This document shows, in pieces, positions 41,480 to 55,436 of a stretch of 64,000 nucleotides of DNA. Below the pieces are notes generated by a model that worked only from the letters and a program-made list of their open reading frames with translations, did no database searches and was not told the origin of the DNA. Location of the stretch: contig OZ024742.1 in the NCBI GenBank assembly GCA_964016885.1, forward strand, positions 84,320,001 to 84,384,000. The letters are read 5' to 3'. How positions within the stretch are numbered: position 1 is the first letter of the stretch; every line of letters starts with the position of its first letter. Both the position numbers and the translations under genes were made by a program. Source of the DNA: Eledone cirrhosa. Taxonomy: Eukaryota.

Positions 41480-42755
41480 AAAGAGGCCCACTGTACCAAT
41501 AAAAAACAGCCACCACACTAGCCTCCACATTTTTACTCAATACACAAGGTATCACCCCAACCAACAATGCACAGAAATGGAGGATCCAATTCATTGAGGG
41601 TTGGGTTGGTAACGATCCATTTCACATTCTTCATTCTTACTGAGACCCATCTTGACAACTCCCACTTCGAAGCCGAAATAAGAATGAGGAATTTCACAAC
41701 CATTCGTGCGGATCGTGTTGGCAGAAGGAAGGGTGGAACTCCCATTTTCCTGTATGATTCCTTTACAGCAAATGGCAACACAACATCCTCTAATGGTTAC
41801 TGTGAATCAGTCACTGTGCACAGTAAAGCCAATAACCTGACATTAGTTGGGCTCTATAGGCCACCACAAACACGCATAATATGCTTCAAAGAATGCCTCA
41901 ACTGTATTAAATGCTTTATTAATCAGTGCCATTCTAGGAACATACTTTTGATGGGAGACTTTAATCTACCTTGTGTCGATTGGTCTACATGTAGTTTGAA
42001 ACCAGGCACCCCAACCTCAACCACTGACAAAGAAGCAGTCGAGTCACTTCTTGATTTCATGAATGAGTTTCTCTTTCCCAACTTCTCCTTGCACCAACAA
42101 GGCATCAGAAGAACATTCTGGATCTAGACACTGTCACAAATATATTTACAAAACACACTCCACCACAACCTGTGAACAAACTAAGTACAGTAGCCCTCAA
42201 AACAGAAAAAAACAATTATCAGAAAAATAAAAAGAACAAACAAAAAAATTAACACACTAAAATGCTGCCAACAGCAACACACATATTCGATAGCTATGGC
42301 CCTGCTTGAATAAAAACAATATAACCTCCAGCAATGCATTATGACCATCATCAATAATCAGAGAATAGCTGAAGAGAGGTGAACCATTGAGAAAATCAAA
42401 CTCAACCCGAAAGTGTTCTTTTCATTTGCTAAAAACACAAGGTCACCGTCTTCACTGTTGATGAAAATGGCACACTCCAAGATAATGCCAAAACCATGGG
42501 CGAGATACTGCAGAAACAATACTGCTCTGTTTTCAGCAATCCTGATATGGCCGATCTGGGCTGTATCAATGATGTTAATCCCCAACACACTATATCAGAC
42601 ATAACGTTTGGCGCCCCTGATGTCTTAGCGGTAATAAATGAAATTAAACACAATTCAGCAGTAGGCCCTGACACGTTCCCTGCTTGTGTCCTGACAGTGT
42701 CTACAAAGATCTGCAAAGAATCGCTGCTTTCAACATTAACGGGATCTTCTTAAAC
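41480..42755 (+). mobile_element. Degraded CR1-like LINE fragment (AP endonuclease and linker)
   Basis: LTETHL, IRADR..RKGG, LYRPP, MGDFNLP.VDW, NPKVFFSFAK, GPDTFPA. Confidence 0.8.
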
Positions 42756-43034
42756 TAAAAAATTAAATCTGTGGACGCAGAATTAAATATTTCGAGAAAC
42801 GTTGCAACCGAAGGAAAACAGGAAGACGATATTTTGGTTCGTGAAGACGTTACCTGGTAATGAACGGAAAAAGAGCGAGGATAATACGTCGTTATGTGTA
42901 TCGAGAAGAACAATTTCATGCAAAGACAAGACCAAGTTTATGGTGTAAATGGAGTCGTTAGACTGATTTCCAGCCCCTGAGTTTAAGAATCATGTAAATA
43001 AAATTGTAAACGAAAATGGCAGAGGTTATTAAAA

Positions 43035-43222
43035 TAGTTGTTTCTACTTTTGGCACAGGGCCAGCAAATACACAGTACATTACTGGTACTTTATTTTATC
43101 GACCTCGTAGGGATGAAAGTCAAAGTTAACCTCGGCCGGATTTGAACTCAGATCATAAAGGGACGTAACTCTATGCTTAAAAGCATGGTGTCCGACTCTC
43201 TACCGATACTGCCAATCCACTG
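43035..43222 (-). mobile_element. SINE S1 copy just upstream of coding exon 2
   Basis: Reverse complement of the S1 consensus. Confidence 0.85.
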
Positions 43223-43268
43223 CTCTATGTATTAGATAAATTTAATGTCGATATATTTTTGCTTTCAG

Positions 43269-43427
43269 AAAGTTGCCGGTTATATCCTAATCCAAAGGAT
43301 CCTTTGGGTTACATAGAGAAATCTGACGATGGAAGAAATTTCACTCGCAATTGTGCAGCCGGAACAATATTCAGCAAAGATGGTTGTACATGTATTACTG
43401 ACACAAACACAACTCGATACATTAATG
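43269..43427 (+). CDS. Pif/LamG3-like protein, coding exon 2 (chitin-binding type-2-like module)
   Basis: Acceptor TTTCAG, donor GTTAGT, phases 1-1. (Q)SCRLYPNPKDPLGYIEKSDDGRNFTRNCAAGTIFSKDGCTCITDT carries the C..GT.F....C.C motif. Confidence 0.85.
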
Positions 43428-44053
43428 GTTAGTTTTGTTCTTTAAACATATTTCTTTCTTCAATTATATCATATATATTATACCTTGATGAACATTATTT
43501 TTATTGTAATTTTTTAGTTTTATACAATAAATCACGTAAATTCCTAGTAGCCTTTTACAAGGTCAATCATTTCAGTGGTAGTTTTCAGTTTATTGGAAAT
43601 ATATTATTTAAGTAGTAGTTAGATCAGATTGTTTTGAACATTTTAAAACTGTATAGAAATTTGGATAACTCATAAGTATAATGTGTTGATGGGCAACAAT
43701 ATTATTAATAGCGTATCAAAATTTCATTGACTTAATCTATATCTTAATTATATCCAAATATTTTAAAAGACAGATGATCGAGGTCATTTTTAAGAATACA
43801 TATTCTAATGAAATAATTAGCCTAGAAAAATATTCAAATAAAATGGAAGTAAATTGAACACTATTGGGTATCAACTGACAGTGTTCTGAACTATCGGCAC
43901 AAATCCATTATTTTTAACTTTCTTGAAGTTATACTAGAATCTCAAATAACCGCTTCTTTGAACATCTCGAACATCATACATGATGGAGTAGAGAAATGTT
44001 AAATCTGAGAGGTTAACAACGTCCCCTTATATATATATATGTGTGTGTGTGTA

Positions 44054-44169
<116 letters not shown>

Positions 44170-44742
44170 TATAACTTAATGCTATAAACATTACTTAAAC
44201 TGAAAACTTATACCAGGTTTGTCACATGAAACACCCACTCTATATTCCATTGCCATCTACAACTAGCAACAAAAAAGAAAATGCTATTTAATATTATATG
44301 ATTGAATGTGCATCTCTACCCTTATATATAGTACAATAGCATTCAGAATCACTGTAATAATGCATTTCCATGTTGAACAAACCTGTTCTTTTTTACATCT
44401 TCGCTACGTGTTGAAGAATTCTACACGTACATATTCTATACGTACGTATTCTATACGAATTCTATACGTACGCTATTGTTTGTTCATAAGTATTGAATGG
44501 TCGACTACTTATCAGTAGCCATTTTACACTTTTCTTCACAATTTTAAATTTCAATTATTTAGCTATAATATATAGTTAGATTAAGAATACATGTTTATGT
44601 TTAACTTGAGTTTGGACGCAAACACAAATGACGTATACGAACGAATAAAGTTTTGCTATAAATACGCAAAATATGTAGAAAAGCTTCATAGCTCAGGTTA
44701 GTATTTAAATCTTCATGCTATCTATATTTCTGTAGGACTAAA

Positions 44743-45764
44743 TCTATATATATAAAACTGAGGTTGTCTGTCTCTCTGTATGTCTGTCTGTCTACTAAAA
44801 CCTTCGGCACACATCTCCTCCTAAACCGTAAGTTCACATTTCGGTGAAATTACTACGCTTATAGATGAAGATCCAGCGGTGACATCGGTCAAACAATTTT
44901 CAAATCGACCCACGCGAAGTGCAATAATCGAATTTGTAATGTATTGATTTTTCAGTTCAAATGTATAAATATAGATGAGAGACGAGTTACTTCCCTTTTA
45001 TGGCGTCATTTGCTTATCTATTTATGTTACGTATAAGCGACGCGGTGGACCGAGAACAATTTCATGCAAAGACAAGACTCAGTTTATGGTGTAAATGGAG
45101 TCGTTAGACTAATATTCTATTTAAAATAACCGAATGATTTCCAGCCCCGGAGTTTAAGAATGATGTAAATAAAATTGTAAACGAAAGTGACAGGTTATTA
45201 AAATAGTTTTTCTACTTTTGGTACAAGGCCAGCAATTACCCAGTACATTGCTGGTACTTTATTTTATCGACCCCGTAAGGATATAAGACAAAGTTAACTT
45301 TGCCTTAACATAGTAAAAGTAAATAGTGAAGATTTAGGCCAGTACATACGTATGCGCTGATGAACATACACATACATATACATACGCACACACAAATACA
45401 CACACACACACACACACACATACACACACACACACACATACATACACACACACACGTAGCCCTGGAGTTTAAGATGTAAATAAAATTGTAAACGAAAATG
45501 ACAGGTTATTAAAATAGTTGTTTCTACTTTTGGCACAAGGCCAGAAAATTTCCAGTACATTACTGGTACTTTATTTTATCGACCCCGTAAGGATGAAAGG
45601 CAAAGTTAACCTCGACGGGATTTTAACTTTGCTTTAACATAGTAAAAGTAAATAGTGATGATTTAGGCCAGTACATACGTATGCGCCGACGAACATACAC
45701 ATAATATACATACTTACACACAAATACATACACACACACGAACACACACACACAAACACACACA

Positions 45765-45842
<78 letters not shown>

Positions 45843-46271
45843 TGTGTGTGTGTAAACCTTATGCATTTCTACAGTATTTTCACCAAACTTAAGACATAGG
45901 ATACTTATGTACTCCGGATGGTCATGGGCACTTTCATTTTTAAAGATATTGATTATAGGGCCTCCCGGCAGATAACGCCCTTGGAGTCGACTGAAGCACT
46001 GCAGTGCAATGCAACGAAACGCCATAACTTCTGGAGTTCGCTACCGATTTTCACAAAACTTGACACATGGGCTACGTGTGTTCTACAGATGAATCTGAAC
46101 TCTCAGAATTGGCACATATTGAGTAGGGGACCCCTGGGGGCAGGAACCCTCTTTAGTAAAAAGCCGATTATTTTGTAAAAGTATAGTTTTCGAAGCAGCA
46201 CTGAAGTATTGACATAAATGCTATACATAACTGCTATTTAATAACCGAGCAACGCCGGGTACCTCTGCTAG
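44743..46271 (+). mobile_element. Non-autonomous Helitron
   Basis: A|TCTATATATATAAAA 5' end; 3' ACCGAGCAACGCCGGGT hairpin plus CTAG|T; no TSD. Confidence 0.75.
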
Positions 46272-46357
46272 TAAGGAATATATTTGCATTGAGATTCATG
46301 AACGCTAGCGCCTGATAACTAATAATCCTTGTCGTTTTACGTCAATTTTATCTAATA

Positions 46358-46501
46358 CAAGACCACCCGTGACCGTTGTATCCCGTTCACTTAAAAATAA
46401 TGTTTAAATAATTGAAATATACACAGACATGGGTATAAGGTGAAATGAAACTGGAAGGCCCATATATATACGTATATGTATGTATATATATAAATGTGTG
46501 T

Positions 46502-46553
<52 letters not shown>

Positions 46554-46627
46554 GTATATATGTGTGTATATATATATGTGGATGTCTGTGATCTATATAC
46601 ACTGGTCATAAACACACCCACATATAT

Positions 46628-46658
<31 letters not shown>

Positions 46659-47060
46659 CACACTCACACACATATATATATATACAAAACAACACCACCA
46701 GCTCTCTCTCTTCCATTCTCCTCTCCTTCCATTCTCCTCTCCTCTCCTCTCCTCTCTCCTTCCATTCTACTCTCCTTCCATTCTCCTCTCCCTCGCTCTA
46801 TGTCTCTCTTTCAATCTAATCTCTCACAACCACTATCTCTTTCTCTCTATCCTTCTCTCTCTCTGTTTATGAAGGTACCCGGAAAAATCCCATATCTCGG
46901 GGACACTTGCTTCGATTTACGTGAAACTTGTTTTATTCCATTTGTATTCATATTTCAGGGTCAAATTCTTTTCAAAGTGTTTTCCCATTATGCACCCTCT
47001 TGGCTGTATTACATTACAGACAAGCAGGCAAGCAATGAAAAAAATTAGTAATACATAGAT
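46358..47060 (-). mobile_element. Non-autonomous relative of Helitron 1
   Basis: Shares GACCACCCGTGACC..GTTCACTTAAAAATA (3' end) and TATTACAT.ACAGACAAGCA (5' end) with 27034-33680. Confidence 0.7.
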
Positions 47061-47492
47061 AGATAAGTCTACTCGAATATCTTTCGTTACAATTATTTCA
47101 TTAGAATATATATTCTTAAAGTATTAACTTATATGTACATTAGACTAGTTCAATATGGAGCTAGGACAATCCTTGGATGTATCTAAGAACTGTTGATACA
47201 TCAAATTAATGAACTGTTGATGCAATAGTAATGGTATAGTTGTCCATTAACACTTTTAATATTACGAGTCTATGAAAATTTCTCTACAGCTTTTATACTC
47301 ACTACGCATATTCCATAATGAATATATTACTTAATTACTAATAATTGTTTTACCTTAATATATATTAAAATACATAAATCCTGAATATTTCGTATCTCAG
47401 GCTTAACTGTTCATACATATCATGATACACAATTCTGTATATTCTTATTATTTTCATCTTATTTTCTTGATTCATTCTAAATATATTTCTAG

Positions 47493-47851
47493 CCCAAAAA
47501 CAATGCCTGCCAAGTTTGATTTATGACTTTGAAAATAATGCGGGAGTGGTAGATAGCTCTAAACATGCACTTGCCAGTAACAATGTAGACATAAAAATTT
47601 CCGAAAACAATACAGGCGTGTTCTCTAGCAATAGCAAAATCTCTGTTTGGCGTTTTTCCGATGCGGAATTCCGTTCAGGACTCTACATCACGTTCTCTAT
47701 CTTGAGCACAATTGAAAAACCTGAACAACAAGTTATCTTTACTAATGGCAAAGATTCGGAGAAGTCGTCTATTTTTGCTGCAATTAAGGGAAATACATTT
47801 GTCTTTGAACTTGAAACCAGTGTAAAACGAGAAACACATATAATAGACAAG
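47493..47851 (+). CDS. Pif/LamG3-like protein, coding exon 3 (laminin-G/concanavalin-A-like domain)
   Basis: Acceptor TTTCTAG, donor GTGAGT, phases 1-0. CLPSLIYDFENN..VVDSS...NNV...GVF...ISVWRFS..F...LYITF resembles the Pif/BMSP C-terminal domain. Confidence 0.85.
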
Positions 47852-47929
47852 GTGAGTCTTTTGATATTTTTAATTTGTTAGGGAAGATTATTTAATTATT
47901 CATATCATTATAATTTTGTGTTCATTATA

Positions 47930-48050
47930 ATTCTGAGTTCAAATCCCGCCGAGGTTAACTTTGCCTTTCATCCTTACGTGGTCGATAAAATAAAGTACCA
48001 GTCATGTCCTGGGTAATTGCTGGCCTTGTGCCAACAGTAGAAACAATTAT
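47930..48050 (+). mobile_element. 5'-truncated SINE S1
   Basis: B box to 3' end; TATAATTTTGTGT repeated on both sides. Confidence 0.8.
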
Positions 48051-50869
48051 AATTTTGTGTAACATTCTGCGCTGTATTTTGATGGTTTAGTAAGTGCAAC
48101 AACGCTGGGACTCAATACCATTTTGTAGTGTCACCGAGACTGATATATGGAAACGAGGAGCTCATGTGTTATTCTAATAATTAAACGATCCGAAAGTTGA
48201 CAGTTGATTGGACTCGACAAAAAAGGTCTTAAATAGCACGATTGAGTTAAACCGATAATCCGAATACGCGAATATTTCAGGGACAGATGCAATCTATCGA
48301 ATAAGCATCGCCACAATTTATTTTTACTCAAACATCACTCATATATTTTGGTGTGACTGGCAGTTATATTTGAAGACACTTTTACCAAGTCGTGGCGCAG
48401 TGAAATCGAACCAACTATCTTATCACTGTACTACAAACTCTTGAACTTCAGGAACATGCCAGAGCTTATAATTTTCATCTGTTCATAATAATTTACGTGA
48501 ATGAATAAATAGGCATTTCTTTACACATTTGTATATAGGCAAGCGTATTTTGCTTTCATTTGTTGTTATAAACTAAATGAATTAAGCGTTCTAACCTATA
48601 TATTGTAGATTATACAAGAAAATCGTTAAAGCAAGTAAAACAAAGTTATTCTTAGATAAAAAGAAACTAATTTATATTTGAAGCTTTATCATGTTTCTAA
48701 ACAATCTTATCCCGTTCATGTGCATTAATATTTTACAATGATTCCCATTTAACATCGTCTGATGTTAGAACTAAACACTTCAGATAATTATATTTTAAAC
48801 AACGTCAGAATTATCCCTGGAGATTGAAAAGGAAATCGTACATGTGCATTTGATTCTATTTTGCTATATAGACGAAAATACTTGTGGCACATTGACTGGA
48901 GCATCCGATATTTCTACAGATAATTTCTCAGATATGAAACCTCACAAAATATATCATCACGTTATTTAATTTTCTTGTTTCATTTACAAGTGTTGTTAAT
49001 AAGTGGACATTTGTTATACGGAATTCGAGCATTTTAAAAAACAAGATGATTTATTATTTATAGACATAATGTATATGGTGGAATCTTTTACCCGGCTAAT
49101 AAGTTTACAGCACAAAAGGTGGTGTAGATAATTGAAATAAATAGAATTGACTCTGAGAGATCATTTTCGTATTTTTAGTGATATAATTGAAATATTTTTG
49201 CTGTGTTTTAAAATTTGCTTTAATAAGGCTGATAGCATAAAAAGTACACGATGATCTACATTAACCCAGTAAAGGTATAATTTCAACACAGATATAACTT
49301 ATTCAATTACTCAAATTAACCACTAACTGTGTAAGAAAATAGGAAATATTTTCTTCAGGAATTTAACAGATCGAAACTAATATATATTTCTTACACTACG
49401 AATATGTAACATATACAAACGAGCAAATACAATTATGTGAGAATCAAACCACCATAAAGATCGACAATACCGTTAATGTATCCTGTCAATCAGGAATTAT
49501 GGTCAGAGTATGAGAAAATATCCAATCATTATTGATGTCCATTGCTTAGGCATTTTATAATTTTTATAAATAACGGTTAGAGTATGATTTTCTAGTGAAA
49601 GCATATCTGGAGTTATTACCATACTGATATAGATCAGAATCTTTCCCTACGGTGTTACTTATTCAATTATGTTTAACAATTATAATCTCGAGGCTGGCTC
49701 TCATAATTTTGAGGGCGCAATCAGTTATCACTCCTTATTATTAACTGTGCAATTTCAATTAATTATGATTTTTTACTTTTATTCTAGTGCCTTCCTTATG
49801 ATTAAGTATGTTCGGTTCAGAGACAATGCAATCTTTTAGAATTATGTTTTCTCCGAAGCAATAAGCCGCAAAGTTAGATCCACTTTCTTCAGCTGAATAT
49901 GATAACTTCAGTCATACAATAGCTTATCTCATGTGACATCCGGCATTCCAAAACACTGATAGATACCATACGAATAGTATATATATATATATATATATGC
50001 TTTTTGTGAAGATTACCCTAAAGGCGTGTAGAATAGCAGTTAGGGTATATAGCTCCTGATCGAAAACTCGTGGGTTCAGTTCCACGCATGCTTGAGACGG
50101 GTTCTTGAGAAGGAAATTGATTTCTTGGTGCCCCCATTTGCGGAACTGTTGTTGTGCCCTAAATCGGAGACACATCCAGACCTGTCACTTAATTTCATAA
50201 CTTCGTCCAACTCATGAGCAAACTTATGTTAACCGATATCTCTAACTCTACATTCCCTCATTCTAAATATAGCTTTCCAACTGCCATGCAATTGCCCTAG
50301 AATATTCACAACCCACCTACAACACATGGTTTTATAGCAAACTTACGTTTTTTAAAATGTTCTCGTAAAGACGTCACATTGACAAGTTTTATTATATAGC
50401 CAGCAAAACCATATACACTAAAACAGAGACACACATACTTGTGTTACTTCTTCCAGTTTATAGCACTAATAGTTGTGTTGAGATGATAATCAGAAACGCT
50501 GGAAGGAAACTGTTAAGATTTGCCATTGAACTATGGCACTATGCTATTTCCATCCGTCAGCATCCGAAAAAAATTGCTTTTTGCATGATATCTTTGAATA
50601 TTACATATTATATTTGTTCTAATGTAGAATCGTGTTGATAATCATTTCTCTATTGGAGATCCTATTGGAAAAAAGCCATATCTGCTCAACTTTGTCCTAT
50701 GCGCCAATGAATTAGAACAAATATTCTTTGTATACCGTAAATTATTGTCGTAAATAGAAAGCTTAGATTTATTCGACTCTTTCATCTTTGTAAGAGGCAT
50801 TCGTATTTGAAATAATTATAAGCAACATAGCGTGTAAACCTTTGGAGGTAAATCGTTATAAACGATATT

Positions 50870-51437
50870 TTAAGATAAGTTTGTTCCGGAGGAATTTCGA
50901 GCCAGGAACTATGGATAACTTCCAGAAATCTCTCGCTTAGCAGGGAAGTTCTGTCCGATGGACCTGCCCGAGAAGTGCGCAGAGCGATGAAACCACTCTG
51001 CTCGCACACGTCCAGTGTCGGTGCATTACTGACTTGTGGAGCTATGTCGAACAGCTGTGGTCACGTGTAGGACAGTTTCGGCTATTGATAGAGTCCATAG
51101 TGAAGATTCCCTAACGCTTTATTTTTGGCTTGGAAGGGCAGGCAGTTTTCCTCTGTCTGGTGGTGGTAGAGAAAGATGTGTGGTGGACCAGGTTGAAAAG
51201 ACTGAAGACAAACACTTTTCTCTTCGGCCAATTCCTCATCAACTTTTTCAAGTTTCACTTGGAAAGGCAAGTACATTTGCTAAACAGTGAGTGCATGTGG
51301 CGAGAATGGCCCATTAAATGGGCATACTCTGAGCATGCTGGTTAATTTGGGGAGGAGGGTGTACATTTCCCGTGTGCTCTCGAAGGGTTGGATTGTTTAG
51401 TAGTGGTGGGTTACCTTAGTCACCCGTGGGTCACCGG
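50870..51437 (+). mobile_element. Degraded L1/Tx1 3' fragment homologous to 2-890
   Basis: EGQAVFLCLVVVEKDVWWTRLKRLKTNTFLFGQFLINFFKFH matches EGEAVFLCVIAMAKEVVWWTRLKGLRSDTFLSGQQLILFFKYH. Confidence 0.75.
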
Positions 51438-52460
51438 TGGTAAAGTTAACCTCGGCGGGATTTGAACTCAGAATGGAAAGGGCCGTAACTCTATTCGTCA
51501 AAGCATGGCGTCCGGCCCTCTACCGATACTGCTAATCAACAACAATAATAATAATAATAATTGTTTCCACTTTATGCACAAGGCTAGCAATTTGAAAGGG
51601 AGGGTAAAGTCGATTAAATCGAAGCCAGTGCATTACTAGTGTTTTATTTTATCGGCCCCGTAAGGATGAAAGGCAAAGTTAACCTCGGCGAGATTTGAAC
51701 TCAGACCATAAAGGGCTGTAACTCTTTGCTGAAAAGCATGGCGTCCGACCCTCTACCGATATTGCCAATCCACCGCCTTTGTAGCTATTAATGAAACCAT
51801 TATTATTATTATAATTGGCAGTATCAGTAGAGCTGGGGATTTGCAGTATCAGTAGCGTGTCGGACAACATGCTTTGCAGCATATCATTTATGGTTGTTTA
51901 CGTCCTGTGTTTAAATCCCACCGAGGTTAGCTTTCCCTTTCATCCTTACGGGATCGATAACATAAAACACCAGTAATGCACTGGCATCGATTTAATCGAC
52001 TTTACCTTCCCTTTCAAATTGCAAGCCTTGTGCATAAAGTAGAAACAATTATTATTATTATTATTGTTGTTGTAATGGCGGTGAATTGGCAGTATCGGTA
52101 GGGGGTTGGACGACTTGCTTTCTAGCATAGTTACGTCCCTTTACGGTATGAGTTCAAATCCCGTCAAGGTTAACTGCCTTTCATCCTTACGGTGTCGATA
52201 AAATAAAGTACCAGTAATGCACTGGGATAATTGCTGGCCTTGTGCAAAAAGTAGAAACACTTATTATTGTTGTTGATTGGCAGTATCAGTAGAAGGTCGG
52301 ACGCCATGCTTTGACGCATATAGTTACAGCCCTTTCCATTCTGAGTTCAAATCCCGCCGAGGTTAACTTTGCCTTTCACCCTTACGGGGTCGATAAAATA
52401 AAGTACAAGTAATACACCGGGTTATTGCTGGCCTTGTGCCAAAAGTAGAACAATTATTAT
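51438..52460. mobile_element. Cluster of five to six SINE S1 copies in alternating orientation
   Basis: Minus copies at ~51438-51540 and ~51560-51776; plus copies at ~51815-52050, ~52076-52260 and ~52277-52455. Confidence 0.85.
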
Positions 52461-52520
52461 TATTTTTGTTATTATTAAAAAGTGTTGTTGTCTTTAAATT
52501 TACTTGTATTTTATTTACAG

Positions 52521-52611
52521 TCACCCGGTTTTAACAATGTAACCCTACAGTATGATGGCAAAATATTTCGCGTTACTTGCAACGAAAATGTAGCATCAAT
52601 TCCTCTGTCAG
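52521..52611 (+). CDS. Pif/LamG3-like protein, coding exon 4
   Basis: Acceptor TTTACAG, donor GTAAGT, phases 0-1. SPGFNNVTLQYDGKIFRVTCNENVASIPLSG matches the LamG W/F..V.L.YDG motif. Confidence 0.85.
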
Positions 52612-54451
52612 GTAAGTAATGGAACAAAACATTAATATTAATACAATGGCATAGTATACTTTTCAATTTCATATCGTGTTTAATTTATTTTATGGTTCTT
52701 GATTAACTAACGTTAGGCAGCGAGTGAAATAATAAAAAAAAAATATATTTATCGCAGTATTTATCTAATTCATTATTATTAATAATCCCAAATGAAAATA
52801 TGACGCATAATGAAAATCAACTCGATTATTCATCTATAAAATCAGAAATTTTCAAAATCAATTACAAAGATTTGTTAGGAGTATTTCAATAATACTCATG
52901 TTAATTGGTGAATATAATGCACAAATAATAGAAAATCAGGGTGCAATTGGTGCTTAAAACCTTACGACTTCATTGCCAATGCTAGGATTACACACTCGTC
53001 TAAGAACACTCAGATAATTTTAATGGAATAAAATTACCAGAGATATATGATGGAACATGATGAATATATCGGTTCTCTAAATATAAAATCGATAAAGATG
53101 CGAAAATATATGTAATTTGGTGTTTAAGTACATTCATTTACTTTTTGATTTCAAATCCTATTGATATTGTTGACTTTCATACTTTTCGGGTTTCTGAAAT
53201 ATGAGCCAGTCAGTTAGTAGTTTGCTATACGTATCCGCCAAATTATCTGTGTTAATGTGTGACTTAAACAAAATTAAACATATTAACATGTCATATCCTA
53301 TTTTCTGTCTGTACATCAGCGATGTATTTCTAAATTATGCAGTCTTTGTGTATCGAAATCGAATCCACTTTGCAATCATGTATCATATTATCTATACGAT
53401 GTTGAACTGACGAAGACATGTATTTATTTTATAATCATACTTTGTTAGAGGTTGAACACTCGTTCAATAATCAAGTACCATATGTATAGCGGACATTTGA
53501 CTGCATCTCAAATAACAATCTTATTGACAGCCAAATGCACATAATATAGTATTCACCTATTGTTATATTAATTTGAGGTTTCTTTCACACATTAAATTGG
53601 ATTACATTTAAGTACGCAAGTAAAGAATGCCTCACATTTCCGTTTCTTACTGATATATCAGTGTAATCTTCTGACTACATTACACCGTTTATAACAATAT
53701 TATAATTTATTGTAATTCTGAAATGAATCTATCGTAAACAAAATAATAAACTAGAAACCATTCTAAGTTTAATAAATCTTCAATTGACAAATTCCACGAT
53801 TAAGCTTTCAATTTACCGCCTGTCTCACTTGAAATAACAATTCAGTGCATATATTATTGTTTTAAATTGAGTGAAGTTTGTTCATATCTGAAAGCCTTTT
53901 TTTGACTGTTTGTTGTAGTTTATCCTCACAACTAGGCATTCTATAATCAAGTAATTCTATAACACGTGTATCACAGTTACGGAAAATTGATTAACATAAG
54001 GCACAGTGTCATATGTAAAGATATTCACATTGAGTGAAATTCAGAGTCTGGACATGGTGTATATACTCGACTGCTTAGCAATATAACACGTAGTTTGCTA
54101 GTTATAGTTGTGCGTTTTTTTCTTCTTAAAGCGGTGTTAAATACTTTTTGTATGAGTTCATTGCGTGAATTAGAGTTAATTGATTGTTTCGCTTGCAGTG
54201 AAAATGGAACGTATGTGAGTAACTTTTTAACATAGCGTCTATTTTTTTAGTAATGTGGTGATACAATGCAGTGATCTATACTTAACTCACGTCATATGTG
54301 GAGAATCGAAGGTGAGTTAGTGATTAAAAAGAATAGAATGTCTGGAGTGTTTTAGTGTGTGTCTTGGAGGTATCTGGTTTGTATGATGCCAGTTCACTTT
54401 TTTTTTGTTGGAGAGGGGGTGGGTAGTTACAATTCCTATGATTTTTGCCAG

Positions 54452-54574
<123 letters not shown>

Positions 54575-54752
54575 TCGTAAGTGGTTGACTGGTAGATGGT
54601 CGAGAAAAGAGTACTTAATATCGAAGCTGAGTTTTTATATTCATTTTATTAAGGCTGATGACCCTGCGAAAAACACTCGAAACTCCAGAATAACAAGACA
54701 CACTATTTAGCCTTAATAAAATGAGTACATATAAATATATACACACACATTG

Positions 54753-54785
<33 letters not shown>

Positions 54786-54827
54786 TGTATGTATGTATGT
54801 ATGTATGTATGTATGTATGTATGTATG

Positions 54828-55436
54828 TCAGGTCACCAGTTGGTGCTACTGGTAACATGTATCCCAGTACAACCTGTCTCATGGTCGGGTCGTTGGCGAC
54901 TAAACTGGCAACCGCACCAAGGTTTCTTGGTGAGGAGGGTGACTTTGGACATCCTGCAGGACTAAAAACAAAACCTGTCAAAGGGCAAAGGAGCTCTTAA
55001 GAGTCAATGGCCATCCAAAATCACCGGGAGAGATGACCCCTTAGCCTTTGTCAAGGCAGAATTCTAGGAGAAGGAAAACTCTGATATAACACCTGCAACC
55101 CTGATGGTATCCAATGATGTTGACTTGTTCTTCTTTTTGGTACATATCATCTTGTTTAAGTGAGTGGGACTGGCTTTGTGCAGTGCCTTTGCTCACTATA
55201 AAAGCTTTACGGCACAGGCATTGCTTTATATCTGGAGATCTCTCTGCACTTGTCGTCAGATGGTACCATGGGCCCAGCACAATGTGTCAATAATTGTCAA
55301 AAGTGTAGTGTTTGTACCAGAGTTTTCAAATAGCTGGCTGGACTAAAAAGTCACACACGTTCAGCGCATCCGTAGGGGTTCTCCTACATGGATATAAAGT
55401 AGTGGCCGTACTCGAAAACGAGTTGGCAGCCACCAT
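54828..55436 (+). mobile_element. ~610-bp non-autonomous RTE-derived element, copy 2, flanked by (TATG)n
   Basis: Same ends and length as 39716-40323. Confidence 0.7.
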
